This document shows, one piece after another, positions 26,042 to 41,000 of a stretch of DNA of 64,000 nt (the stretch's first letter is position 1; the number at the start of each line of letters is the position of its first letter). Source of the stretch: a virus; the IMG/VR virus record IMGVR_UViG_3300009164_000039, one strand, 5' to 3'. Position numbers and translations under genes: made by a program. The notes beneath the pieces were generated by a model. The model saw only the letters and a program-made list of their open reading frames with translations, had not been told where the DNA came from and made no database searches.

Positions 26042-29000
26042 ATGGCAATCATTAAAACAATAGATTTACTGCCGATAGTATTTCGATCAGACTCGAACAA
26101 AAAGTTCTTGTCGGCCACACTTGATCAATTGGTTTCCGAACCAAACTTCCAGCGAGTCAATGGTTATATTGGTCGACAGTTTGCTCCAACATACAAAGCC
26201 GGCGACAGCTACATAACCGAACCTGATAAACTACGTCAACATTATCAACTTGAACCCAGTGTGGTTATTCGTGACGACAGTAACAATATTCTGCATTACA
26301 GCAACTACCGCGACCTACTGAATCAATTAAAATATCACGGGGCCAATGTTACCAATCACGATCGTTTGTTTGCCAACGAGCAATATAACTTTGATGGCTC
26401 AATTGACTTTGACAAATTCATTAACTTCAGTCAGTATTACTGGTTGCCAAGCGGCCCACCGGAGGTAACAGTTACCGGAAGTAATTTCCGTAACATCTTG
26501 AACTACGATGTCAAGCGTGACACCGCAACTAATAGTTTTAAGTTCACTGGATTTAGCACCGACAGAAATCCACTAATCACTCTAGTGAGAGGAAATACAT
26601 ATACTTTCGATCTTAATTCATCAGGTAACAAGTTTTGGATTCAAACTCGTCCTGGTGTGGGCGGAACACGTAGTGTTGAAGCTGAAGTTAACCAAAGAGA
26701 CATACTAGGAGTTCAACGAAACGGTACTGATATCGGCCAAGTACAATTCTCTGTACCAGCGAGTGATGCACAAGATTTTTATGCACGAGCACCATTGGCG
26801 ACCAATGTTGACTTTGCAATTGGTGGCACATATCGATCTTTTCAAAATAACCTGTTAAACGTGATCAATTCACGCGGCGGGTTTGACGGTGTTATTGATA
26901 ATATTGCCAACAAAACACTTATCTTCTTAACACGAGATGAAACAGCAGAAGATTGGACAGATCCAGGTAACTTTGACCTTGACAAGTTTGACCAAGGCCC
27001 ACCTGAGTCAAGTGCAATCCCGTATGAAGCAGGTAATCTTGTGCCCGAAGCAGACCGTTACCAAGTATGGCTGATCACACTAGTTGACGTTGGTGCCGGC
27101 CGCAAGGTTGTTAAATTAATTCCTCGCTATACTGTTAACACCAATGAAAAAGTTTATGTGCGCGAAGGTAAAACCAATGCCGGACTAGAGTACGTAAAAA
27201 ATCGTAGCGGAAATTGGGACGAAGCACCAAACATCACAGCACCACTTGATACACTGTATTATCAAGACAGCAAAAATCCATTAATGTATGGTACAATCAA
27301 GCTAATTGAACCTAATGCAAACTTTGTAAATGTTACTACAGAAATACTTGGTAAGAAAAACTACACAAGTCCCAATGGAATTGTGTTCACAAATGGCCTT
27401 AGAATTACATTTGATTCTACTGCAACCCCTGTGGCATACATAGGAAATAGTTATATTGTTGAAGGAGTTGGTCGCGCAATTAAATTAATTAGTGCAACCA
27501 ACTTGATTGTTCCTGAAGGATATGCAATCAGTGGGCTAACACAGCCTGATTATATCACTGTGAATAGAGCAAGCATTGATCAAAATCCGTGGAGTCGTAG
27601 CAATCGTTGGTTCCACAGTGCGTTAATCAACTTGAGTGCTACTTATAACAATGCACCTGATCAATTGATAGTTGAAGGACTAGTCAGAGCTACTCGTCCA
27701 ATTATAGAGTTTGACTCAGATATCAAACTCTATAACTTTGGCACACAAGCCAAAGCCCCAATTGATGTAATTGATTTCACAGTCACTGATGCATTTAATC
27801 AAGTTGAAGGCAAAACATCATACACTGTAAAATTACCTGGCGGTCAGGCGCCTAAAAAGTTAACAGAAGGCACACGAATTATATTTGCAAACGATATCGA
27901 TCCTGATGTTCGTAATCGCATTTATAATGTCACTTTCATTACCACTGACACTGGCACACAAATTCATTTGGTATCACTGAATACCACACTGTTGCCTACG
28001 TTCAAAGTTGATTCAATTGAAGTAGTGGACAGCAAGCCTTATACTTTTATTCCAACCGTGACACTTACTTCGCCATTGCCAGGTCTTGGTGAAGAAACTG
28101 CTAATGCCCAAGCACTAATGAGCAACACCACTATTGCTTCCTTTAGTGTAAGCGGCGGCGGAACTAATTATATCGCAACACCAGATATTCAAGTTGCAAC
28201 AGCATACGATGTCCGTGCAAATACTACTGTGGTATTTGATACTACCAAAAAAATAGATTATGTACGTATCACTGAAGCAGGCACTGGATACTCGACTATT
28301 CCTACAATTACTATTGCGCATCCTGAGGCAGTGGTACGCACAAATGCAAACACCACAGTAGAAGGTAATTTTCTTAGAATGTCTGCGGTTTCGTCGGCGC
28401 TGGTCGGTAATTATATCATTGGCGAAGGCATGCCCGGAGGCAGCATTGTATCAAACGTAAACCTAAGTGATAACAATGTTGGATTTAGCATTCGTACCAC
28501 TGTGACTTCTAGTGGTAATGAATATGTGTTCAAGACTCTGGGCACATTAGGAACCGATTATCATGTTCAAACAACTACAGAAGTTTTTACTGCGACACTG
28601 ACACTAGACGACACAGCTCTAGCACACGAAGGCATGTATGTGTCTGGTCCACGTATTCCTTATGGAACAGAAGTTCTAAAAGTAATTAGCCCCACTCAAA
28701 TTGAAATCAGTCGCGAAGTGAGTACTACTATTGGAGACAAAGTTGTATTTGTTGGTCGTAGAGCCACAGCAACTCCAAAAGTTGATGGCGGTAGAATTTT
28801 GGCAGTGACTGTTGATTATCCTGGCGCCGGGTATTTTGCACAACCATCCTACAGTATAACTGCTCCAGCGAGTGGACCAACAGCAACATTTTACCTAGTG
28901 ATGTCGGACCAGTTTATTCGCTACATTACATTAGATACTGCTGGCAGTGGGTATCAGTTGACCGCTAACAACAGTGTGAATATAATAAACACTGTGTCCT

Positions 29001-32000
29001 CAGTTACCTCAACTGCAACAGTCAACGGAGCAACTCAAATTGAGTTTGCGACTGCAGATGAAATCAGCTCAGTTGGCGCCGGCTGGCTGTGTTTTTATGT
29101 AATTAAATCAGCAGCCGGCATAAAATACGGAGACTTTGCACTAAACACTTATACAGACCGTGCAATAACTGGACCAGAACTTAAAGGAACAATATCAACT
29201 TATCGCGATTATATGGATATTGCATTAACCAGCTCGACTGTCTATACAGTAACAGGAGTTGATAGCAATGTAGTTAATCTTGACAAGGCAGTTGAAATAC
29301 TTGACGAAGATGGAAATCTAATAGATCTCCCAGCCGGTAGTGAGTTGGTGTTTACTTGTCAAAGTAGATATTTCACTGATGACTTGACTGGTAGTGGCGC
29401 ACCTGTTGGCGACTTTCAAACTTACCAAACTGCTGTTGACATTGACAGTAGTACAACTGTGCCGGTTTTAACAGCCCAGGGATTGCAACCCGGCATGCTG
29501 ATCAGTGACGAATATGGATCAATACCGGATGGCATAAAAATTATTTCAGTTGATTACATTACCAATACCATTGTAGTGTCCGGTGAGCTACGAGTGAGTG
29601 CGAATACACCATTTAGAGTAAGTCAGTCTGCACTGGTAAAAGTTACATATCAACCATCCACAATTGAAAGTATTATTGTTACTGTGCCTGGTCGTGGTTA
29701 CACCTCTGCTCCTTTAGTGACCATCCAGCCGACTGTGCCCGCAGTCACAGTAGTTGGTGAACAGTCTGAAACTACTGATTCATATTATGTTGTGGTTGAA
29801 AGCTTGGTGGGTATCCTAGTAGGCTCTAGGGTCACCAGCGACTACGACGGTTTTGGTATCGGTATAACTGTAGGGGACACAATTCCTGAAGTGCAAGAAC
29901 TGATTACCACAATTGATGCAGTTGGCGTCGAAACGTACAAGGTTCGACTGGATGTGCTCCAGCCACCATTTATTTCTAGAAACATTACATTTACCTACGC
30001 TTCTGAAGCCATTGCCAGAGTTGCTCCAATTAACAACATTGATATAACATCAATTGACACCACACCTGATACATATGATGCAGGCAACAACGTACTGCTA
30101 ACGACCCCTACGAATATTCAACAGTTGATAACTGATGTTCCGGTCTACCACGAATACTGGTACAACGGCACCAGCTGGCAACCAGGTCAACAAAAAACTG
30201 GATATACACAATCTCCGTTGTTTGATATTTTCGATGATACCGGCGTTAGTGTAGCTGATGCCGACAGCTATCCTGGCAGTAAGTTCGTTGGCACTAAAAT
30301 CTTTGGGTACAAAATTGGAACAGGATCAATTGATTCTGTACTTGGCGTTCCATTGAGCTACCGCAATTTCCAGGCAGTTGGTGATATACAATTTCAGAAT
30401 TACTGGGACACTGATCAGTTTAACTACCTAGTGGGATCTACGGAACAAACTGTTACTGTGAACACTTTTTATCTTAAAGAAACAAGCGCAGATGGGTCAG
30501 CATCATATCGAAATATCTGGAGAAAGACCAGCGAAAAAACACATCAATACCAGGTAATAAATCATGTGTTTGATGACCGTACAAATTATTTTGAAATTGA
30601 TGTTTTACCAATTGATAGTTTAACTGTACCTTACATTAAAGTTTACCTTAACAACAATTTGTTAAGTGAAAGTAGTTTTTCAATTGAATCAGTTGGTGTA
30701 CGTACCGCTGTGGTGATTGAACCTGCGCTGTTATCAACAGGTGCTAAAGTTGATATTAGAATTTACAGCAATAGCATAAGCAAACTTGGCTATTATGAGA
30801 TTCCGTCAAACCTTGATAACAATAGCTCAAACTCAAACTTTGAAGTACTAACACTAGGACAAATGAGAAATCATTATACCACCATGGCCGAAAACAATTA
30901 CGGTCTCGAGGGTGTTGTGCTAGGGTCTAATAATGTACGTGACATTGATATAAAAAGCTGGGCTGGTAGTATCCTACAACACGCCAGTCCAATTCCATTG
31001 GCAAACGTGTTCTTATTGCAACGAGAGTTTAATCTAGTAGAAGCAGTTGAGCTGGCACAAAAAGAATATACCAAGTTCAAGAATAGATTTTCAGAACTTG
31101 CGATTACACAACAAAACACAATTCTAGATATTCCAAAGGCAGTTGATGCAATACTTGAGCAGATGAATTCTGCCAAGAGCACATACTCACCGTGGTACGA
31201 TAGCGATATGTTACCGTGGGGCACCAAATACCGCACTGAATTATTGTATCCTGTTATCAACGTGCAACAACGCATTTATCAGATTCCAACTTTTTATGAT
31301 GACAAACTAGTTTCAAATCGTGCGGTACTGGTATATCTAGTCAACAAAGTAACTGGCGAAGATCGACTGCTGGTTAAAGATACTGATTACTCATTTAGCA
31401 CAACCACTGCGGGCATACTGTTGTCAGACAGTTTGTTATTAACCGTTAACAATGTTGTAAAGGTATTGTACTTTAATTCCACTGAAGGCAATTATGTACC
31501 TGAGACACCAACCAAACTAGGATTATATCCAAAGTTCAAGCCTCAGATATTTGAAGATACCACATATCAAAATCCTGTGCGAGTTATACAAGGACACGAT
31601 GGCAGCTTGACTCCGGTGTTCAATGATTTTAGAGATCAGATGTTGCTAGAAATTGAAACTAGGATCTACAACAACATCAAAGTCAACTATGCTGAAAACA
31701 TTTTTGATCTATACGAATTTATTCCGGGCAAGTTTAGAAAAACAGCATATGATCGAAAAGAGTTCACTCGTGTGCTTACCAAGAACTTCTTAAAATGGTT
31801 GGGAACCAATCAAGTTGATTATGCTGACAGCAGTTTTTTCCAGAGTAACAATGCATGGACATGGAACTATAAGAAATTAAAAGATCGTATTGATGGCGAA
31901 AATCTACCAGGATTCTGGAGAGGAATTTATCAATACTTCTACGACACAGACCGCCCAAATCTAATGCCGTGGGAAATGTTGGGCTTTAGTGAGCGCCCAG

Positions 32001-35000
32001 ACTGGTGGGTGGCACGTTATGGCAATGCTCCGTACACTGGTGGTAACAATGTATTGTGGGCGGACCTAGAACAAGGTTATATCTACAGCGGCTCACGTAC
32101 AGGAATAGATCTGCGTTTTGCAAGACCTGGCTTGAGTAAACTAATCCCTGTTGATGAGTACGGTTTATTGATTAGTCCTGAAAAACTATTTCCTAAACAG
32201 TTCAATGGTAGAAACCTTGGCGGAGCATTTGCCATTGGCGATCAAGCACCTGCTGAAACTGCATGGCGTCGTAGCAGTGATTTTCCTTATGCAATGCAAA
32301 TTGCATTGATGCTAACAAACCCTGCTTACTATTTTGGTAGCCTGGTCAACACACATGCTTACTATCGTAATATCAACTTGGATCAATTGGTAGTCAGAAA
32401 TAACAAACAGCGACTTACTAAAGACACTGTTGAAATCCCTAACGTTGGATCCAATGGAGATCCAGTTGTTCACACCTCAGGTTATATCAATTGGGTGAGA
32501 GATTTCTTAGTGAATCGCGGTATTGACCCAGCGCCTAAGATTAAATCATATTTGAAAAATGTCAATGTAAATCTCAGCTATGCAACAGCTGGATTTGCGG
32601 ATAAAAATTATCTAAATGTATTGGCAGAACAAGGTTCTCCTACCTACAACAATGAAAGTGTAATCATACCCGACGAAAATTACGAAGTATATCTGCATAA
32701 GAGTGCTCCGGTTAATCGTGCGGTTTATAGCGCAGTCATAATTGAAAAAGGCGACAACGGATGGAAAGTAACCGGATATGATTTGGCTAATCCTTACTTT
32801 ACTATTGTACCAAGTGAAGCTCAAGGCCGCAGTTATCAAATTAGCGTGGCTGGTACTGGTGCAACAATCTACAGAGATTATCGTTCTGTAAAAATTACTG
32901 TGCCTTATGGTCACGAGTTCAACAGTCGTCAACAAGTTGTTGACTTTTTGGTTGCCCACGGTCGTTATATGGTAAGTCAAGGATTTGTGTTTGACACCAT
33001 GAACAACGATATGGCATCCAAGCAAGATTGGATATTGAGTGCAAAAGAATTCCTGACCTGGAGTCAGCAAGGGTGGCAGTCAGGAAACATTCTTGTACTA
33101 AGTCCTGCATTTAACAACCTCAAAGTTCAAGGTGCAATGAGTGTGGTTGACTTTGTTGAGAACCGCACCAGTGGCAGCAAAGTACTAGATCAAAATTTCC
33201 AAATTATTCGAAACAACCAGTTCTCAATCACTAGATCAGACAATGTGTTTACATTCACAGCAAACTTTGGGCAGACCATTGGCTATGCTGAATTTAATCT
33301 AGTGCAGTACGAGCACATCTTGGTGTTTGATAACGAAACAGTGTTCAATGACGTGATCTACAAACCAGCTGAAGGTATCAGACAATTCCGGTTCAAGCTG
33401 GTTGGAAACAAAACTGGTAACTGGACAGGTGCATTGAATCCTCCGGGATTCATGTACAATTCCACTACCATCCAGACCTGGAAAGCTGATATAACATATA
33501 AAAAGGGCGACTTTGTTGATGTCAATGGCATTGTGTACCTTGCATTGATTGACATTGACGCCACGCAAAAATTTGAGTTCAGCAGCAGCTGGCAAGAAGT
33601 AAATCGCAAAGATATCAAAACAGGCTTGCTACCTAACTTTGCATCTCTGGCGCAAAAGTTTGAAAATATCTATGACGTGGACAATTTGCCAGCCGCTGAA
33701 GATCTGCGCAAGTTTAGTAACGGGTTGATTGGATTCCGCCAACGTCAATTCTTTAGTGACTTTAGTCTAAGCGATGAATCTCAAGTGAAGTTTTACCAAG
33801 GCTATATTACACAAAAAGGAACACTAGATTCTATCACTGCACTTACCCGAGCAACTTTTAACAATATCACCAGTGAGATTGAGGTGTTTGAAGAGTGGGC
33901 AGTTCGTGTCGGTGAATATGGTGCGTTAGACAGTGACCAGTCTGTTGAAGTATTATTAAAAGAATCACAACTGACAGATGATCCAACCACACTAATACTA
34001 TTGGATAATGCTGACGCCGACGTGCCAGGCGCAGTGCCTATTCGTACCAACGATATGTATCAAATTCCAGTAGACTACAGTAAAAACATTATTCCTACTA
34101 GAGCCAGTTACCAGCCGCAGATCACTGATTTTGTTACTGCTGGTTATGTTAACCTTGATGATATCAATGGTACTATCTTTGATATACAAAATTTCAGTGA
34201 GTTAGTGAATGTGTTGCCAGACATTGGCAGTGGATATAAACTATGGGTAGCTAAAGATTTCAGCAGTAGCTGGAACGTGTATCGTGTTACAGAAACTAAC
34301 AACCTAGTAACCAGCTTGACATATAACCTAGACAATTTTATGATTGTGGGGTTTGATAACCCGCACGATTTTGTTGTTGGTGAAGTAATGGGTATCAAAG
34401 GATTTGATACAGATTTTGATGGATTCTATCAAGTGATTGGTATCGATGGACTTAAGAGTGTTCTGACTATTGCCACTAGAAATATTGATGTTCTAAAAAG
34501 TGCGCAAACAATAACAGACACAGGTGTGTTGTTTAGATTAAAATCAGTACGATTTAATCTAGCCAGCGACATCAACAACTTCACTCCACCAAACGGGTGG
34601 AAAGATGCTGATCGCGTTTGGATTGATAACAATGATGCGATCAACAGTTGGGCAGTGTACCAAAAAGCCAATGCATGGAAAACTGCTGGAAATCTAGTAC
34701 TACGCCCAGGCGAGTACACATCTGACGAAGGATATGGTCGTGCAGTTTCTACCAACTATGACAACACACTGTTAATGGTTGGATCACCGTTGAACAACTC
34801 TGGACAAGTTGCCAAGATTAATATTTCTGATCCTGGGCAAAACTATGGATCTACTGTAGTTTCTTTCTCTTACCCAGATCGTGAAACTGGTGGAATACGT
34901 GCTCAAGGAACTGCACTTCGCGAGTCCGGCACAATCCTACAAGCCAATTTGGTAACCGGTGGGTCGGGATTTACAAAAATTCCAACAGTGATTATTTCAG

Positions 35001-38000
35001 ATTTTAGCAATCTAACTTCAACCTCTACTAGAGTTGGTTCACCGTATGTTAACGTTGCTAGTACATCAACGCTAAAGGTTCTTGACCGCGTGACATCTGC
35101 AAACCTTGCCAATGTATCTAACACTGTGGTTACAGAGATTGTAAGCACAACAAATGTAAGATTGAATGCCGCTACAACAATTTCTACAGGCGACTGGGTC
35201 AGATTTGATCGTGGCACGAACGGAAACGTACAAGCAAGATTAACTCCGACCAGTATTGCTAGTATTAGCATTATCAATGGTGGGTCGGGTTATGTAACTG
35301 CACCAGCGATTGAAATAATCGGCGGCGGTGGCACAGGCGTGGTTGCCAACACTGTGATCACAGCTGGAGTAATCACTGCTTGCTATGTTATTAGCAACGG
35401 GGCAGGATTCACTGAGCCGCCGGCTGTTCGGGTGATATCACCCACTATTAGTCTTGCCACTAATCTAGTTGCGGTACTGACTTCCACTAGCGTAGCATCA
35501 CTAGAAGTTATTAACAAAGGACTATCTATAGAAAGTTCTTATTCCGGATACAGCTCTAATGCCACAATAGCAATCACTGCGGTAGCAGGAGACACAGGCG
35601 TTGGCGCAACTGGTAATATTCGTGTAAGCTACCTAAGCATTGGTGGAATTGAAATTTCAGTGCAAGGACAGGGTTACCTTGAACCACCGTCTATTACAAT
35701 AACTGACTTGACTGCGGTAGGAACTGGGTTTGCTGCCAACACTGTGTTAACAACCGGTGTAGTTAAAACATTCTTGAGAAATAAAGAAACACTAGCATAT
35801 AGCCAAATTGATACGATTCGTGCATTTGGCCCAGACGCCGGAGAATTTGGCGCAGATATTAAAATGGGAGTTTACTCAAGTGCAATTGGTGCACCGGGTA
35901 GTTTTTCTGATCGGGGTACAGTCACACTATTTCAATTTGCCGGAGGAGTAAGTTGGAATACTCAACAAATTTTACAACCAGTATCAACAAATGCCGGCGC
36001 AAGATTTGGTGAAAGTGTTGCAATGAGCAAAGATGAAAATTGGTTGTATGTTGGCGCACCGGGTATCAACCGAGTGTATGCATACGCACAAAAACAAACA
36101 TCATTGTCTAGAACAACTATTACACTGGCCGGTGGCGCATCTACTTACTTTATAAATCTTCCTGGGGCAACTCAAACAGCTGAAGTTTCTATTGTTGGTG
36201 ACAGTGGTAAAGTGTACCAACCAGGCCTGGAGTTTTCGTTGATTGGTAGCACACTGTCGTTTGTTAGTTTAGCTGTACTAGCAAGAGATACCAAGTTGTT
36301 TGTGGCACAACAGAGCAACACAACAACAATTAGATGCAATACTTCGATCACCACCTATGCACTGTCGAGTCTTCCAGAATCTGTGGACGCAATAACAGTA
36401 ATTGATTCATCGGGCCGCATATTTGTTCCACAAGCCGAATATTATCTAAATGGGCAAAATCTTGTGTTCCGTAACTCTGCCGAGCTTGTTGCAGTAACCA
36501 TCACAGTGCGACCATTATTGACCTACTATACATTGATGGGCACTATTGCACCACCTGAAACAATTGAAAGTTCTGCAAAGTTTGGCGCATCATTGGCAAC
36601 TACAGAATACGGATATCAACTGTTGATTGGTGCACCGGATGCCAGCGTCAATGGCGTTATCCGTGCAGGTCGTGCATATGCGTACGATAGAAATTATGAA
36701 TTGTTCCAGGCATTTGGTAACAATCGAAGCTTTAATGCTCGCGAGGCCCTTAAACAAGTAACACGAGTAACAGTCGACGGCATTGCTAAAGTTGAGTCTG
36801 TTGACTACACTAAATCTGGGTCAACAATCGTGTTTGATGCTATTCCTGACAGCGGAAGTTTGGTTAGAATTGATCTTAACGATTTCAACTTGATCCAAAA
36901 ACTAACTCCACCAGATCCAGTTACACAAGGAAGATTTGGTGCTAGTGTTACCATCTCTGACGATAACACAGGTTTATTTGTTGGATCCCCGGGATACAAC
37001 CTTCCAGGCTACTACTTTGGGTCAGTGTATCGTTATGTCAACCGAGGCAAAGTATACGGTGATGCAGCCAGCACAATCTCAACTGCTAGCATTTTGTTGG
37101 CTGTTGGCGACACTATACGTATCAACGAACAACACGTATCTGTTGGTCTCACATCTGGGGAAGATTTTATCAATCAGATTAATGCTATTGGTATTCCGGG
37201 TGTGGTTGCTGCCAACATCAATGGTAATGTGGTTATCACTGGGGATAATGTTTTAACAAATAACAAACTGGATATTTTACCTAGTGACGGTGCAGTACTG
37301 GCCGACTTAGGATTGTCAGTTTACAGTTACATCCAAGAAATTCGCCACCCAGGTGTGGGTAACCCAGAACGATTTGGCTCTAAGATTAAAATTAGTGACA
37401 ATCTTGAGACATTGGTAATCAGCAGTGAGCAAGGCGCTACTCTTAAGATTACCACGTTTGATGAACTAACAACTACATTTGACAAAACAACCACATCATT
37501 ACTTGACGCACTTAAACAAGCCGGTGCAGTATATGTGTATGATTTCTTGAGCGTACCAAATGACAGTTTAGCGCAACCTTCACAATTTGTTTTTAGTCAG
37601 GTGTTGCAAAATGCGTACATCAATGCAAGAGACAATTTTGGATCAAGTCTTGACATCAACAAAGATGTGATTATCATTGGTGCAGAATTCAACGATAACT
37701 TTGGTAACAACACTGGACTAGTACACATATTCACCAACCCTGACTTGAAGAAAAGCTGGACAGTCACACGCAATCGCACAGACAAAGTTGACACCAATCA
37801 TGTTAACAAGATCTTTGCCTACGACACCCGCACACAAACGATTGTGGCTCAATTTGATTATCTTGATCCTGTTAAAGGAAAAATACTTGGCGTGGCAGAT
37901 CAAGACATTGATTATAAAACAGTAGATGATCCTGCAACATACAATCTTGGCGCCGAAGCTCGCGTGAATATCGACGCTACTGGACCATGGGGTGATTTCC

Positions 38001-41000
38001 AACTTGGACAAGTTTGGTGGGACCTAAGCACAGTCAAGTACATTGACTACGAACAAGATACAGTGAGCTATCGCGCTATCAATTGGGGAGCAACATTCCC
38101 GGGTTCTAGCATTGATGTTTATGAATGGGTGTCTAGCGACTTTTTACCTAGCCAGTATATAACAATCGGCGGCGACGGCGTACCTAAGCACCCAGCTGAC
38201 ACTGCTTACGTTCGTCGTGCATACATTGATGATGCCACTGGATTGGCCAGAGTAAAATATTATTTCTGGGTAAAAAACAAACGCAGTATTACTTTCAATG
38301 CAACCCGCAGAACAAATAGTGTAACTGGTATTGCTGATTTAATCGCCAATCCAGCGTCACAAGACATTCCGTATGTTTCGTTTATTCAAAGCAATGCGTT
38401 CAATGTTTATAACTCTAAATCACTGCTTCAAGGTGATTATATTGCGCTTCACATTGAATACAGCAAAGTACAAAACAGCAACATTGTTCACAGTGAGTTC
38501 CAACTGGTACAACAGAACAATCCCAAGAGCAAGATTCCAACTCGCGTGATTAATAAAATTGTTGACAGTATCTCTGGAGAAGACTCTGTTGGTAACATTG
38601 TTCCAGATTTACGTTTGCCGGCAGCAGGACGAGTTGGCTTGAGTTTGCGCCCTCGACAGACGTTGATACTTGACAACGAAGCAGCCACCAAAGTGTTTGT
38701 GAGTTTTGTAAATTCAGTATTTGCTTCATATCAGGTAGTTGGTAAATTTGATCTGGCAAACATGCTAGATAACGAAGCTATTCCTGCATCGGACTCTGGA
38801 TGGTACCACATCGAAATCGACATCATTGACCAATTGATGTACATTCCAACAGAACAACTATTAGTAGGTACAAGAAGTACTTCTGGGTTCCGGGTGCTAG
38901 TGGATCGCGATTCCACCTACCAAAACTTCTGGACCATTTACGAATGGCAAGGTGTTGTTAAAGGCTGGGTGCTGATTCGTATCCAAAGCTATGATAACAG
39001 TCGTTACTGGAGTTATGTAAACTGGTATGCCACAGGTTACAATGACACTGTGCTGATTGACACAGTGGTTAACACGGTGAATGATATTTCAACTTTGAAC
39101 TTAACGTCTGGACAAATTGTCAAGGTACTAGACAACGGGCTGGGTAATTATGAAATTTATGAAATTGATTCTACTCTACGTGCAATACCGGTCATAAGTG
39201 AAAAAGGAACGATTGAAGTAACTGCTGATGCATTTGATGTTCTTAAAGCCAAAATTGGATTTGATAACTCTGCATTCGACAGTCAAGGGTTTAGCAAAAA
39301 TGCCGCACAAGAGTTGCGTAACATTTTTGTTGCAATCTACAACGAAATTTTTGTAAATGACCTACAAGGTAAAACCAATGAACTGTTCTTTAGTTTAGTT
39401 AACTATATCTTTACTGAGCAACGTAGTCTAGATTGGATCTTAAAGACCAGCTTCTTAACAGTGGCACACAAACTAAGAAAGCTGTTGCAGTTTCCTGCAT
39501 TTATCAAAGACAATCAAGATTACTATCAACAGTACATTGATGAAGTCAAGCCATATCGTTCACAGGTGCGTGAATACGTGCTTAACTACGAAGGAGTTGA
39601 TGAATCATATAGCAAAACCACTGACTTTGATTTTTACAGTTACTACGATAAAGCACAATCAGCTAGAAGAAATCTTGACACAAACAATGCAGATGATCGT
39701 GCAGTTATACGTGCAACCAATCGCAGTGACTGGTACAGTAGTTACAGCTACCAGATACAAGAGATTGTGATCACACGCTCAGGATCAGGATACACAGTTG
39801 CCCCTGCGGTAACTGTGACCGGCGGCGGCGGATCCGGTGCAAAAGCACAAGCAATACTTGGCGCAGTTGGAACAGCAACCGAAGGACAGATTATTGGTGT
39901 AGAGTTGTTGAATGCAGGAACTGGATTCACTAGCACTCCAACAGTTGAATTTGCAATCAGTAGCGGAACTGGCGTGTCAGCCTATGCAAGACTGTCTGTA
40001 CCAGCTGGTACAGTGATAGCACCAAACGACATACGGAATCGCATGGTACGAAATATTTCTACCAAGTTAAAATTTGACCGTGTTTCGTATTATGCAACTG
40101 GGGTGCGTCCTTGGATTTCATACACAACCTACTCCGCTGGTCAAGTTATAACAGTGAACGATCAAAAGACAATTGAGTTTGCAAACTACCCTGGCGATCG
40201 ATTCCCAGGAACTCGTCGCGCATACTTGCTTAACCAAAATTTCTTGGGCGCAAGTATCCTGAACGAAAAAACACTGCAAGACTCCACTCAAGCAACGCTA
40301 CTTGATGGCAGCTATTTTGACAATGCAAACGACCGGTTGATGGCATACTGGCAACCGGGTAGTACAGACCTTGGCACAGTGTTCTGGAGTGAAGATGCGA
40401 TGCGTGTTAGAGAGTCGGACGTCAAGACCAGTCTCCAATCACTTTACACACGTATTGAACGTGTGGCACACAGCACATTGTCTCCTGTGAGTAGCAACTT
40501 TGCCTACATGGCAGTTGGCTTTGATGGTGCGATTCTTGCCAGCGTGGACGGCAAGCACTGGGTAGATGCTAATACTGTAGAAATATCTACAAACCTACGT
40601 GGTGTTGAAAACTACGGTGGTGTGTACTGGGTAGCAGTAGGTGCGCAAGCAACAGTACTACTGTCAGAGAATGGGCTAGACTGGGGATCGTTTGCAGTGC
40701 AATCATTCTACTACAGTCCTGTTGGATCTGGCGCATCAGCACAAACTCCGGCCCTGGGTCTTCCATATGGATTAGTAAGCGAGAACACACAGTCATCGGT
40801 TGACTTTACTGACCTTACTACATTCACCAGCACCGCGGCCACGTATGCAGTTGCGGTAGGAAACAACGGAACTATTTTAATTAACCCGTTTACTACATTC
40901 ACCGGGTTAATTCCTTCTTGGTACAGTGTGACTCCACAAGGAGTAACCTCTGCGCAAAATACACAATACCTGCGTGTGATAAACAAAGCCACCGGATACT